Positions 1 to 12,619 of a DNA stretch of 64,000 bases are shown piece after piece (position 1 is the stretch's first letter; the number at the start of each line of letters is the position of its first letter). The position numbers and the translations under genes are program-made. This stretch comes from Selaginella moellendorffii (Eukaryota > Plantae > Lycopodiophyta): contig NW_003314263.1 of the NCBI RefSeq assembly GCF_000143415.4, forward strand, positions 2,420,041 to 2,484,040, written 5' to 3'. The notes beneath the pieces are model-generated. The model worked only from the letters and a program-made list of their open reading frames with translations, was not told where the DNA came from and searched no databases.

Positions 1-44
1 GTTTATAATATCAATCTTAAAGGTTAAAACTATTTAGCGCCTAA

Positions 45-117
45 GTCTGGGTGGTGTAGTTGGTCATCACGCTAGTCTCACACACTAGAGGCCCCCGGTT
101 CGAACCCGGCTCGGACA
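45..117 (+). tRNA. tRNA-Val (anticodon CAC); the 3' strand of the T-stem is 1 nt short
   Basis: Acceptor stem GTCTGGG/CTCGGAC, A-box TGGTGTAGTTGG, anticodon arm CTAGT-CT-CAC-AC-ACTAG, B-box GGTTCGAACCC, T-run about 17 nt downstream. Confidence 0.9.
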
Positions 118-139
118 AATTTCTGACTTTCTCTTTTTG

Positions 140-460
140 TTAGCCTTTGAAGAGCAAGAATGCCATTCTCTCCAAGTAAAAGTGAATGAAGGTACCGCAC
201 GAATGCGTGATGAAAGACCCGAAGCTCGTTCCCACGATGCACTGCCATCCGGGTCCATAGAGCCCGTCAAACCCCTGCCAAGAAAAACTTTGAGCGATTT
301 CATCAGAAACACTCGCTGCTACCTTTTTGATGTGCCGCGCAATCTCCTTGCAATCGTCCACCTCGTACAAATCAAGGGCCTCGGACGCCCACTCCATCGC
401 CCGCGCTTGCATCTTCTCGGGCATATCGGTGCTTCCAATCACAGCCTTGCCTTCCAGCAT
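140..460 (-). CDS. Dynein light chain type 1 (LC8 family); exons 460-323 and 274-140, with a 48-nt intron at 275-322
   Basis: TDMPEKMQ...IARHIKK|GFDGLYGPGWQCIVGTSFGSFITH...FIHFY...FLLFK matches the LC8 signature; removing the GT..AG intron restores family length (about 90 aa). Confidence 0.93.
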   Translation of the reverse strand: MLEGKAVIGSTDMPEKMQARAMEWASEALDLYEVDDCKEIARHIKKVAASVSDEIAQSFSWQGFDGLYGPGWQCIVGTSFGSFITHSCGTFIHFYLERMAFLLFKG

Positions 461-859
461 AGTTTCTCGCTACAAATCCCTCTATGGCTCGACTCCCCAA
501 CGAAAAGCTATCCAAAAAGCCCCCGAAAGCTCTTGATTCTCTTCTCCTCTGCAAGTTAACGCTACTCCCCTGTCTCGAAAAACCTTTAGTTTCCGGATTC
601 CCGAAACACTGCTGTAGTTTTCTCCAGACTGGAGCGTTTCTACATATGGTGAGCTTTCACTCCTCCTTTCACCCCTTTCCTCTCTTCATGAATGGCCACG
701 GTAATTTCTTTTGAGCCTTAAAGAACTTTCCTTTTTCTCCACCACTACGTGGAAAGCTCCCAGCATTTAGATAGTTGCTGAAAGATACTATTCACTTGGT
801 GGCTCTTTTGTTGCCTTCTGCTGCTGTCTTTCTGATAAAGAGAAGCTTTGCGTTCACTT

Positions 860-1280
860 AATTGGAGGGACCGGAATGTTGTCGCCATGCACAAGAACCA
901 TTTCATCAGCCAGGAAAGGAACTGCGCAGAAAAGAGCATCTCCTGTTCCAGCGCGTGTTTAATGTTGAGGCGGCTTAGAAACTATTCCAAGTGTTTTAGA
1001 ATTCGTCACTCCAAATCTTTGCTGCTCGCCCTCGAATGCCACCAACGCGACCGCCTTTGGACTTGAGGGCTTCATAAATCATGCGAGCTTGTTTCGCCGG
1101 TACCACCTACACAGCACCAAAACTCCGCGCAGTCTGCTTTAAGATCGTGTGTACCTTGTCACGGAACAGGATAAGAGAGATGGTTTATCGGCGAACGATC
1201 GTATCCTTGCTCATCACCTCTGAGGGAAAGAAGTTTAGAGTGAGTGAGATGACGCCAAGGCAAACGAACCAACAAGAGCG
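860..1280 (-). pseudogene. 3' fragment of an S9 peptidase (copy 1)
   Basis: Translates to [18 protein letters not shown]...FEGEQ...LEQEMLF, homologous to the last exons of 7909-10906; the rest of the gene is absent. Confidence 0.8.
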
Positions 1281-1409
1281 ATTCGAGGACCCGAAACGAA
1301 GATTATCATCGGCTTTTGCTTTTAAGAAATGTTTTCGGGAATTTTATTTAGAAATATCTTAATTCTGAAATAAAAAAGGTAATGTTTAACGCTTAGGGTT
1401 TGAGTGGCA

Positions 1410-2792
1410 ATGGAAAATCTCCAAGAGGATGTGTTGACGCTTATTCTGAGTAAGCTTGAGGATCTGAGTGACCTTTGCAGATGTGCCGGTGTGGCCAAAT
1501 TCTTTCACAGGCTACACTGGCCTGTACTGGTGCTGAGAAGAACCCACCATGACGAAGAAAGAATGGCCAGATTGGTAATTGGTGCTCTAAGCAGTAGGCA
1601 CATGAATGGATTGCAAAAGCTAGTCATCAAGTCTGAGCAGGAAAACATAGGGGTAGAAAAGAAGGACTGGTTGATGCTGAAAAAATCTCAAGGCTCGCTC
1701 CGCACTCTAGAGCTCAATGGTTGCTTTAATGTCCCCGATTTGTGGGGAGTCATACACGGGTTTCCGAAGCTTTCAATCCTAAAACTCAAGAACAACGCCT
1801 TTAGAACTCCTCGAAGCACTCTTCCCATATCACTCCCAGGGCTCACCACAGTTTCCATAATCAAGAGTTACTACATCAATGACATCCAAGCTTTGGTGAG
1901 GGCATGTCGTGCATCTCTCGAGACACTACGAGTGGAGTGCGAATCCCACATCGAGACCATGGATCTGAGCATCACCGACTGCCCCAAGCTAGAAGAGTTG
2001 GTGATCGAGGATTGCCTGAGAACAAGGTGATAGTGGAGGGTTGCAGCAAGCTCGAGGGGTTGAGCTTCACTTGGGTAAGTAGCATCCGCGTCTCAAACTC
2101 ATGCTTGGCTCTCATCCAGGAGCTGGAGCTCTGGGAGATCGACAAGCTCCGCAACAATCACCTCTATAGTATCTTATCTGCTTGTCCGATGCTCCAGACT
2201 CTCCAGCTTTCTGGAGGCGAAGCTTTGAAATCTCCGGTTGTGATCAGTTGCCCCACAATAACGAGCTTGAATTACGCTCGGAAAGATAGCAGGTGTCCAG
2301 ATTTCCACGATCAACTGCTGTTGGAGCCTCACGTTTTGCGGATTGAGTGTCCGAGTCTGCAGAAGTTAAAAATCAGTGGGGACTGTTGTGTTGTGGCAGA
2401 TTTTGATGTGAATATACCTGAAGTTACTATTGCGGAAAGGTGGGGGTACCAGAATGTGAAGAAAGTTTTGTGTTTGAGCAAGAGTGTTTTACACTTGGAT
2501 ATAAGCAGAAGATTACGCTCGTCAGAGCCCGGGGAAAAGTGAGATACGATTGAGTGTATTCTATCAGCTGCTGCAGGAGAGCTTGGAATTGAGAAGTATT
2601 AGAATGGATCTAGGTGATCCGCATGAAACGGCACCTATTCAAAAGTTTTTGAGCTCGTTTTTTATTGCCCATCCATGTCTAGAGAGCGTGACAACATCTA
2701 CAAATTATTGGGAAGCCTTGCAAGAGATTAAAAGACCAGATTTTTATTGCGAAAAGAAATCTGAAGACCACGTTGTAATTCATCGAGCATAA
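1410..2792 (+). pseudogene. F-box/LRR (RNI-like) gene with two frameshifts (near 2024 and 2540)
   Basis: N-terminal F-box MENLQEDVLTLILSKLEDLSDLCRCAGVAKFF, then LRR-like repeats (CPKLEELVI, CPMLQTLQL, CPSLQKLKI) spread over three ORFs in different frames. Confidence 0.75.
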
Positions 2793-2879
2793 TAGTAATG
2801 TTTATTCTTATTTTTTTTAAATTAGAAATAAAAAGAAATGTGTAGAAAGAATGGCCAAGCAAAGAAGCACTGAAGAAAT

Positions 2880-3420
2880 CTGAAGGCACTTTAGCTCAAT
2901 GGTTGTTGTTATGTTCCCAATTTATGGGGAAAGTTTTCAAGCCTAAAAATCAAGAACATTAGGAATCCTCCATTATTATTACCAGCATTTCTATAGTATT
3001 TGAACATCCAATCTTTGGCAATGGCGTGTTGTGGAGGCAGGGTGATAGTGGAGGCCTGAGGTTCTCGAAAGCACTCAAACTCATGCTTGCCTCTCATCCA
3101 GGAGTTCCGCAAGCTAAGTAACAATCATCTCTATAGTATCTTATCTGAAAGGAAAAGATTTGAAATCTCGGGTTATATTTCGTTGCCCCACACTTGCTAG
3201 CTTGAATTACGGACTTTGAAGTTCACGGCGATTTAGTGCTGAAGAAGCCGCTTCACGTTTTGCAGATTGATGCCGGAGCCGGGATTGCTATGTTGTGGTA
3301 AACTTCGATGTGGATATAGCTGAACCTACCATTGAGGAAAAGTTGCGGACGAGCATGTGAAATTGTGCAAGAGCGTTTTGCCGATATAAGAGATTATGGT
3401 GCTGGAAGGGCACGTTGATC
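2880..3420 (+). pseudogene. Degenerate partial duplicate of the F-box/LRR gene
   Basis: Nucleotide blocks match 1705-2520 (gctcaatggttg, gtgatagtggagg, ctcaaactcatgcttg, acaatca.ctctatagtatcttatctg, tcacgttttgc.gattga) with many deletions. Confidence 0.75.
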
Positions 3421-3899
3421 TCCTTCACATTCTTTTTAAACTACTAAACGCTGTATTACTATTTAGGATTTTAGTTAAGTTTTACTAAAGGCACCTTGTA
3501 CAAATCAAGCACTCCCATCTTTTTTGGTATGTCGGTGCTAATCACAACCCCTTCTAGCATATCTTTTCTTCCTTTCACTTAAACATTGAGATCTTGAGAG
3601 TTAAAGTTACTTACTGCACACTGTTATACATGTTTTGAGGCCGAGAAAGAAAAGCCTCCAAACTGCTTCCATCATTAAGAACTGATTGAGCCACTGCTGC
3701 TTACTGAGTAGTTTCTCCGGCACTTGAGAGCGTTTAACTCTAGCACTTCCTATCCCTTTCATTTATCTCTCTTCTTGATTACTTTCGAGCACTTCACTTT
3801 TTTCTTCCACCAGCATTGACGTAGATAGTTTGCTGATAGATACTACTCACTTGACTTGCCTTGAGCTTCTTCTCAAAAAGAAAAACTTTGCACTTTTCT

Positions 3900-6870
3900 T
3901 AAATGGAGGGACCGGACGAGGGACCGGAATGTTGACATACGCAGGGACTATTTTATCAGCCGGGAAATACCCGCCAACCGTGCACGCAAAGAACATCTCA
4001 TGCTCCAGAGAATGCTTAATGGTCTCGGCCTGAAACACGAGAGCTTAGAATATTATTCGAGTTTTATAGCACTTGTGACTCCAAACCTTTCGGAACCCGT
4101 GCTGCTCGCCTTCGTATTCCACCATCGCGACTGTTACGCCTTTCGACTTGAGTGCTTCATAAATCATGGGAGATTGTTTCGCCGGTACCACCTACACAGC
4201 GTTAAGACCTGTAAAGTCTACGTCTGATCGTGCTCACCACCTTTGAGGGAAAAAAGCACGAGATTTTAGAGTCTTTAGATATGAGTGAGAGGAAGCCGAG
4301 ACAAACGAACCAACAAGCTTGCCTATGTAGTGCTTCTCGTATTTGTGGGACACGCGAGGCCTTTCAAATCATTTATGGCACCATTCCAGCAGCAGCATGG
4401 CGAGCGATACTAAGTGACAATGGCGGACGCTGGAATGAGCGCGATCGCAACCAGGTAAGCTCCAAGAGAACGAGCTAGCCTTTCTTTTCTTGCCTGTTCT
4501 GAGGCGATCTAGCCGACGATGACGACGCAATGATCCTCACAGATCCTAAAATGCGAAGGTCGGAGATACCGTGGCAAGTTTAAAGCCGGGGCTTCTTTGG
4601 CGCACGTGAATTTTGTTTTTTCAAGTTCTCTAACGATGGGAAGGCCAGTGCGGCTTGAGGAGTGTAACCTCCTGCAGAACCCCCGTCTATACACGTTCGA
4701 TGTCCATCTGCTTCACCAAAAGTTGCCTGAAACAACCCATAAGTTGCGAGATCGAAAAGGAAAATTAGAAACAAGCCACTGCTCACCAGGCTGGATGCAC
4801 AGCGGACGCAATCAGCTACATCCACAATTCCATTAGCCTTTCCCTGCATCTCCTCCCGTAACCTTCCAATGCACAAAAGCAGCATGCGTACTACGTATGA
4901 AGAAAAATAATAGTGCGAAGGAACATATCAAACGTGTACTTCCGCCATAGTTTACGTCGGAAAAAGCCCAGCCTCCAAAACTGGATATTCAACTGCAAGG
5001 TCGTGTCCGACTCTACCGTAGGCTCGCCTGTGGAAACAACACAAACGTTGCTGAGAATTCCCTGGAAATGCGGGATGTTTCGGACCGTGAGCACGCACTA
5101 GAAGTGGAGGCTTCTCTTCCGGCAGTCGGGATTGAATGGTGGATAGAAGTTGGCCTCCTGAGTACTTCAGTAAGAAACTCGACGATCCGTGAATGTAATC
5201 TCGGTATTTATCTAGATCAGTGCTTCTGACGACCAGCTGATTGAACCAGAACCTGTATCAAGTTAGACATCAGTTTGCAATCTCATCACACTGAAAGAAG
5301 AAGAAAAAGAAGGAAACACTTGTACCTTGACAATGGACATTGGATGCCTTGGAGACCCAGCACTCATGAACAAGGTGTCACCAATCACTAGCAACAAAAT
5401 AGCCAGCTCTAACAGATTAAAAGAAAGGAATGGTTCTTCGTATTAGCACACCAGATCATAGATGGAAGTGAACGGGGTTTCCACTGGATGGACGGCCGTG
5501 GAAGGAAAATTGTCCTCCATCGCCAACCTTGAATATCCTCGTTGCCTGCAACGCGAAGTTACTATTAATTTCAACAATGTATCGAAACGGCACCTGTATG
5601 TGTTCCACGAGAAGATTCATAGAATTCATAGGAACTGTTGCCAAAATTCCATGCCGGTCTTGTAAATTCCGCGTCTAGAGAGTACAATGGCTCGCTTTTG
5701 TTCTTGCGTTCACACTGACAAAAGAGAAGCAAAACATTGACAAATACTGAGATATTTACGCTTCACAGTCATAAAGCAGTGTGTTTACCCAAGGATATAT
5801 GTTCCAAAATCCATTCTCTCTGTCACATACAAAGAAAAGCTCCCCTGAAAACCAAGGTTTCTCTTCCACACTTACAATGTTACGAATGAATGAATACCTT
5901 GGGATGACCATTTAGGCTCTCACACCGCCTTCTCCAGCAATATATGCCTTGTCGCTGCAACAAATAGTCGACAATCACTTTAAGAAAAAAAAAGAACGAA
6001 GGCTTACCCGTGTTTGACCAACGTAGAGAGAAGTAGCATCCCAAGGCATGATTGGATGAGACCACTCAATCCACCCTATATTAGAACCATCGGGACTCAG
6101 TCTAGGAAAAGTATAAAAGTAATTCCCGGTGATAAGAACTTCCGGCTCTGTATCTTCGAAAAACCGAGACTACACGACGAACTTACCAGCCGGATCGCTA
6201 CTCTTAAGATCCACGCTGACTATTTCATGCACCGGTTCCTTTCAATGCCTATGATCTACAAACATGGAAGATCAGAGTTATCTGTTCATCACAAGCAAAG
6301 GAAAGAAAAAAACTTATCACAACTTGATAAATCGACCTCGATCCATCAGCATAGCAGACGAGAGGACCTCCATAGTCTGGAGTGATAGGAACCGGCAAAC
6401 GTTTCGTGGATCACAGCTCTAGCATCACTGCATGGGAAGATCACACAGGAAAAAAGAAATCTGGTCGGAAAGATTGGCACTGCAAACGCTAGATGTCCAA
6501 ACTCATTGGCGATGGTCTGGACATCAAATCTAGGAGGAGTGATTTCTTCCACTCCACCACTTTCATTCTTTTTCACAAGACAGAAAGAAAGAGAAGCAAA
6601 GAACTCAAACGAGAAAATGCGCTCGCAAGAAGATATCTGAAACACTTACCCTCCTTCCACTGGCCTCCCTTCGTGAGGAGATTCTCAAGGTGGCAGTCGA
6701 GATAGCAATGGCAGTCGAAGAGCATGGCTTCTGAAGGTGGCAGTCGAAGAACATGCTTTCTTTTCCAACATTGCGCACTGAGATCTTCTCTTCTCGAGTG
6801 CAGCGATGGCGGAGGGCAAGAAGAAGGACAAGGCGCAAGCTCCATTCGCACCTGAAAATCCCCTCTCACC
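3900..6870 (-). pseudogene. Near-full-length degenerate S9 peptidase (copy 2)
   Basis: Exon-by-exon similarity to 7909-10906, including [28 protein letters not shown] and EGEQHGFRK; frameshifts, deletions and a disrupted 5' end. Confidence 0.82.
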
Positions 6871-7389
6871 GCTGAGCACGCCGCGAGGGCTGCGCCTTTG
6901 CGGATTCGGGATCGAGAGATCTTCTGTAAGTGAGCATAATCTAAATATCAAATATACCCGATTTGGGCATATGCATGACAAAAAGAGGATCTGGAATCAG
7001 ATAAAAAAAAATATTTGCTTTACATGATCGTGTTGTGAGTACACTCCAAGCTTTGTCTTCCATGCAACAGGATCTCGATCAAGATAAGCTCGTTCCGGGC
7101 ATATGCTGTCATCATAACTGACCACTAGAAAACATATTCTTGGCGTGGATGAAAACGTTTTTCTGCAGCCCTTTCGATCTGAAACCCTCTCCCAAGTCCT
7201 TGGATTTTATTGCAAGTGGTTGGTGAGCATTCCCCATTTTGTTGATTTGAGCAAAGATCTAAACCTTTTTCCTCTAATCTTGCTACAAAACATTGATTTT
7301 ATCCCAATACTTTGTATAGATAAAAAATGACAGTATAATTGCATGGTGGTAGATCACACTTGGCACAGTCTGCAATGCATGCTGAACCA

Positions 7390-7397
7390 TATAAATA
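7390..7397 (+). promoter_or_regulatory. Putative TATA box of the secreted-protein gene
   Basis: TATAAATA about 55 nt upstream of ATG 7452; TGCATG (RY-like) elements near 7340 and 7376. Confidence 0.5.
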
Positions 7398-7451
7398 TGA
7401 ATCAAACCTAGGCTCAAAGCAAGCATACAATTTGAAAGTTCTCATCTCACC

Positions 7452-7838
7452 ATGAAGGCTGCTCTAGTGTTTCTTGTGCTTGTATTCAAGGTTACTTTGT
7501 CTTCTTCAAGGAGGGAGCTCTTGTCCGTCCGTGGAGTTCATGAACAGCAGGATCCACTAGCTTCTGATTCTCTTTTGCCTTCTTTTGGAGAAGATGGTGA
7601 TGATCTTCAGCAAGGCAAGCACATGAAGCAGAACGACAATGGCAACAACATCAACATCAACATCAACTTCAAGTGTAATGGTGATGATCATGTAGATTCA
7701 AAGAATGAGAACAAGGAGAAGGATGGCAAGAGCAAGGAGGAACACAAGGAAGACAAGGATGACAAGAGGGAGGAGAAGAAAGGAAAGGACATGGATGACA
7801 AGAGCAAGGAGAAGGACGAAACGAGAGTGTTTCCCTAG
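7452..7838 (+). CDS. Predicted secreted, highly charged 128-aa protein of unknown function
   Basis: Hydrophobic signal-like N-terminus MKAALVFLVLVFKVTLSSS, RRELL, K/D/E-rich tail; ACCATG start context and upstream TATA. Confidence 0.7.
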   Translation: MKAALVFLVLVFKVTLSSSRRELLSVRGVHEQQDPLASDSLLPSFGEDGDDLQQGKHMKQNDNGNNINININFKCNGDDHVDSKNENKEKDGKSKEEHKEDKDDKREEKKGKDMDDKSKEKDETRVFP

Positions 7839-7908
7839 AAAATGTAATCCAAAGGAGAAGGAATAAAAGCTCCAGACTCTAAGCACGAGTCGCTTTTGCA
7901 TCCTTCAC

Positions 7909-10906
7909 TTACTTGGAGGGAAAATTATCGACATGAACGGGATCTATCTTATCAGCCGGAAGAAACCCTCCAATTAAACGTGCAAAGAAGAGCATCTCTT
8001 GTTCCAGTGTGTACTTGATATTTTCAGCCTGCAATGGACACGGGAAATACAATTCAAAACGGAAGAATTTGATTCTAGCGTACCTTTCGGAAGCCATGCT
8101 GCTCGCCTTCGTATTCCACCAGTGCAACCGGGATGCCTTTGGACTTCACGGCTTCGTAAATCATACGAGCTTGGTTCGGCGGCACCACCTGCATTGTCGC
8201 AGTTTAGAAACGCAAAGCTTTTGCTGTTTACTCGTACCTTGTCATCGAGCCCTTGAAACAGAATAAGCGGGCACGAGAAACGCTCGGGATAGTGAATTGG
8301 AGAGCGGTCGTGGAAGGCTTTGGAATCTCCTGTAACGACACACGACTTTAGAGAGACAACTGGGAAAGAAATACGCAACGAACCGATAAGGGAAGTCAGG
8401 TAGCGTGACTCAAATTTGTGAGTATCCGTCATAAGGGACTCCAGATCACTCACCTGAAGCATTCACAGGATTAAAGATCACCCAGGAGAAAATAAAATGT
8501 ACCCCATAGAGAGAAGCACCGGCTTTAAACGTATCGCGAAAGGCCAGTGCGGCTAGTGTGGTATAACCCCCCGCTGAACGACCATCTATACAGAGCCGAC
8601 TTTCATCAACCTCACCAGAGGCTACCTGAAGGTTGAAAGATCAAACAACAGAGCAGAAAAAGGGAGAATAGTTACCAGATGTGATGCACAGCTGCAGCAA
8701 TCACCAACGTCCACGATTCCCCACTTTCCATTCAGCCTTTCCCTGTATTGTCTCCCGTAACCTTCACAGACGAATATCAGTCCCATGGAATAAAATCAAA
8801 TCAATGATACCTGTACTTCCGCCATAGTTTACGTCCGCAAAAGCCCAGCCGCGACTTGTCCAAAATTGAATGCCTAACTGCAAGGTTGTGTCCGACTCCG
8901 CCGTAGGTCCACCTGTGCAAGACAAAAACATTAGAACGCTCCTTATGAATCAAAAATGAATTAGACCGTGAGATCGCACTAGAAGCGGAGGCTTCTCTTC
9001 CGGCGGGGCTTCGTAGTCGCCATTAGATGGCGGATAGAAGTTGACGAATGCAGTCTCCCCAGGAACTTCGGTAGGGAACTCGATAATCCTTGGAACACTG
9101 ATGTACTCTTGATATTTATCTAAGTCCATTGCTTCTGATGACCAGATGATTGAACCAGGATCTGCGTCCGAGTTTTTCAGATCCACCTGTTCATTAAGCA
9201 TGAATTTCAAATGGTGAAGACCAAAAACAATCTAATACCTTTACGATAGAAACTGGATGCTTTGGAGACCCAGCACTCATTAGTAAGGTGTCACCACATA
9301 CTGCCTGCAGAAATTGTAAGTGACAAAGTAGTGGCTCTTGAAAAGATCATACCAGATTATAAATTGCATCGAACGGGGTTTCTACTGGATAGATGGACCT
9401 AGAAGGAGATATATCCACTATCGCTAACCGTGAATTTCCACGTTCCCTGGAAAAGAAAAAACAAAAAAACAAAAAATCGCAGGGTCACTCTCGGTTAAGA
9501 AAAATCCAAGCACCACCTATATGTGCAGATAATACGTGTTCCTAAAGAAGAATTAAAGAATCCGTAGGAACTGTTGCCAAAGATCCATGCCGGTCTTGTA
9601 AATTCCGCGTCTAGAGGGTACATCGGCTCGCATTTGTTCTCGCTTTCAACCTGGTCAAGGCGATATATAGTGCTCCACAGATAGAAAAGAATGTGCCTAC
9701 CCAATGATACAGGTTCCAAAAACCTCTTCCTCTGTCAGATACAAAGAAGAGTTCCCCTGAAACCAAAAATTAATGTTTCAGAGACAATGCACAAAGTTCT
9801 GATACCTTCGGGAGACCATTTAGGTTCTGTAACAGCTTCTTTTGCGCCATCGTTTCCAGCTACACAAACTCTTTTTGTTATTTTCCTGCAGGCAACGCCT
9901 TTAGAAAGGAAAAACGAGCAAAAACACTAACCCGTCTTTGCCGATGTCGCCAACGTAGAGATAAGTAGAGTCCCAAGGCATGTTTGGATGGGACCATTCA
10001 ATCCAGGCTAGCTTACGGCCGTCGGGGCTCAGTCTGGGAAAAGAATAAAAATCATTCCCAGAGAGGAGAACTTCCGGCTCTGCAGACAACCACCGATATC
10101 CACAGATGAACAAATGCCTGCTGAAAATCCAAGGAACTTACCAGCAAGAGCGGTACTTTTCAGATCAACGCTAACTATATCATTCACCGGTTCCTTTCCT
10201 TGTCTATGATCTACAAAACATTAGAAAAAGCAATGCACTGCATAGAAACTTGAAAATCCATTGTGAGTACCTTCACGAACAGTGATATATCGACCTCGAC
10301 TAATATCGAACCTCCCATCAGCATAGCGTACAACAGGACCTTCATAAGCTGGGGTAAGAGGAACCGGAGAACGCTCTGTCCATCACAGCTCTAAAATCAG
10401 AAAGATACATAGGAAAAAGAAGGGAAAAAGCTTAGCTTACCTCCAGTCAAAGACTGCTTGTAAAGACGCTGATCGGAGAAGTTTGAGAACACAGCGGTCT
10501 CTCCCTCCACTGTAAATGCTCCGCCACCATACTCATGGACGGTGGAACGAACATTAAATCCAGAAGGAGTGATATCTTCCACTCGCCCATTCCCATCCTT
10601 CTTTACAAGAACGCATCGCCTGTAAACAAGGAAGAAAATCCTCATTTCTAAGCGCTAGAGATCTTTGTAGAGAAAATGAAAATGCATGCTCTCAACTGAG
10701 AAAAACTAGAGTGTTCCTTGCAATGCTGATGCTATAGACGCCTACCCGGCTTCCGCTGGCCTTCCTTCCACGCAGAGAAGATTTCCATTCGCATCGGTCG
10801 CGAATCCTCCAAGGCGCAGTGATGCTCCCGACACGAGCTCGGCGGTGAAGGGAGATTTCCAGGAGCCGAATGGAGCTTGCGTCTTTTTCTTGCTGTCGTC
10901 CGCCAT
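7909..10906 (-). CDS. Peptidase S9 (prolyl oligopeptidase / acylaminoacyl-peptidase-like alpha/beta hydrolase), multi-exon, apparently intact
   Basis: [56 protein letters not shown], nucleophile elbow [20 protein letters not shown] (Asp), EGEQHGF (His); many short GT-AG introns; not every splice site verified. Confidence 0.9.
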
Positions 10907-11594
10907 CACCGCGCTCCCTGCGAAGGACCTCGCGACCACAAACCTAAATATTGCGCTCCTCGCCGGAGGGGAAATAGTTCTAGGAAATAACGAGGAAGAA
11001 CACCGAAAATGTAGGTATTGGATTAGAAGGTCAGCTTAAGATTTGTTTGGAAACAAATTTTTTAACTATTATATATCATAAAATATATTTAAATATTCTA
11101 AAATATAGAATTAATTACTCCTTAAATGTTTTACTATCCTTAACAAAATTAAATTTTGATAAAAGTAAAATAAAAACGTTTTTAATAATGATAAGACTAA
11201 ATACTTTAAAATATAAGAATTATATGTATATGGCTAAATATTTTACTCTTAACTTTTTATTATTAATTCCCTAATATCATTAATATATCATGATGATCCA
11301 AAATTTGATTTTCTAAATAACATAAATTATATTTATGTGTAAAATTATTAATTTTATTGACAAATTAATAAATTTTATTCATCAACCTCTTCACTATGAA
11401 GACATAAATGTTTTCAGTGATAATTACTTAAATCTCATACATATATCATTCAGTCCAATTACAAAATATGTTACATGTGATTACTAAAATATTATAAACT
11501 TAACTTAAGGAGTTGTGGAAAAAAGTTATCTATTGAATTGTACTTTTACCTAGTGGGACTACTCTTATAAAAATTTCATATTTCATTCTTTGAT

Positions 11595-12300
11595 TGATGG
11601 TCTTTTGCATCTCACCAACAACACATGACCGGATATTGCTTTTCCAGTTTTGTTCTTGAGCCGGTTTAGTTTGTCACTTCAGTTCATTGACAGGCTGCTA
11701 AACGGGTTCTCCGGTATCTGGCTGATACTGTTGACTATGATCTTGTTTACAGGCACACCGGTGCTGAGACACTGATCCTTCAAGCCTATGCTGATGCTGA
11801 TTGGGCAAGTGACCAGGACTCAAGACACTCAACTACCGGGATCTGTTGTATCCTGAGCAGTGCACCAGTTTCCTGGACAAGCAGAAAACAAGCCACTATT
11901 GCTTTATCAAGTACTGAGGCAGAATATGTGGCAACATCTTTTGCTACTTGAGAAGTGGTTTGTTTACGTCGTATGCTGCATGAGCTCCACCAAGACCTAC
12001 CTTCCCCAACGATGCTCTTTTGTGACAACAAGAGCGCTACTCAACTAGCTAAGAACCTGGTTTTTTATGCTCGGTCTAAACACATCGAGCTACAACATCA
12101 TTTTATTCGGGAGAAGGTAGCTTCAGGAGAAATTCTACTTGAGTTTCTCCCGACTTCTCGACAGCTAGCAGATATCTTCACCAAAGCTTTACCGGAGGGG
12201 CAGTTTGTCAAACTTCGAGATGTTTTGAACATCTCAGTTTGAGGGGGGAGTGTTTGAATACCACGTAATGGTGCAGCTTCGAGGTAAGATCCTTGGAGAC
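11595..12300 (+). mobile_element. Ty1/Copia retrotransposon 3' fragment (end of RT, RNase H, PPT, start of LTR)
   Basis: YADADWASDQDSRHSTTG, WTSRKQATIALSSTEAEY, CDNKSA, RSKHIELQHHFIRE, QLADIFTKAL; PPT GAGGGGGGAG at 12241-12250 followed by TG; in-frame stop near 11949. Confidence 0.92.
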
Positions 12301-12619
12301 ACCTGGAGATCATGCGTGGTCTCACTGGCTGGATATTTACCTAATGTGTAAATAGAAAGCGGGTTGCTTTCTCACTATGCTTTCGATTTCTTCTAATGAG
12401 ATGCTTGAATTTTGCTCCTAGCTTTTAAAACTCCTCCACAGGCAAGTCCCTCCAATCCAGAGAACTTCCCTTTCATTGTTCTTGGCATATATAGTTACTA
12501 CTAGTAGTGCGCAAATTCTTGTGTTTGTATTATTAAATTTTCTTTGTTTCTAATGGATTGCTAGTTGACAAGAATTGGGTCACAACATGCCTAGTTTTTC
12601 TCGATTCCATAAGTCTGGG

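Noticed and set aside
11040-11590. Very AT-rich tract as a MITE or organellar insertion
   Set aside because: No terminal inverted repeats, TSD or recognisable organellar gene
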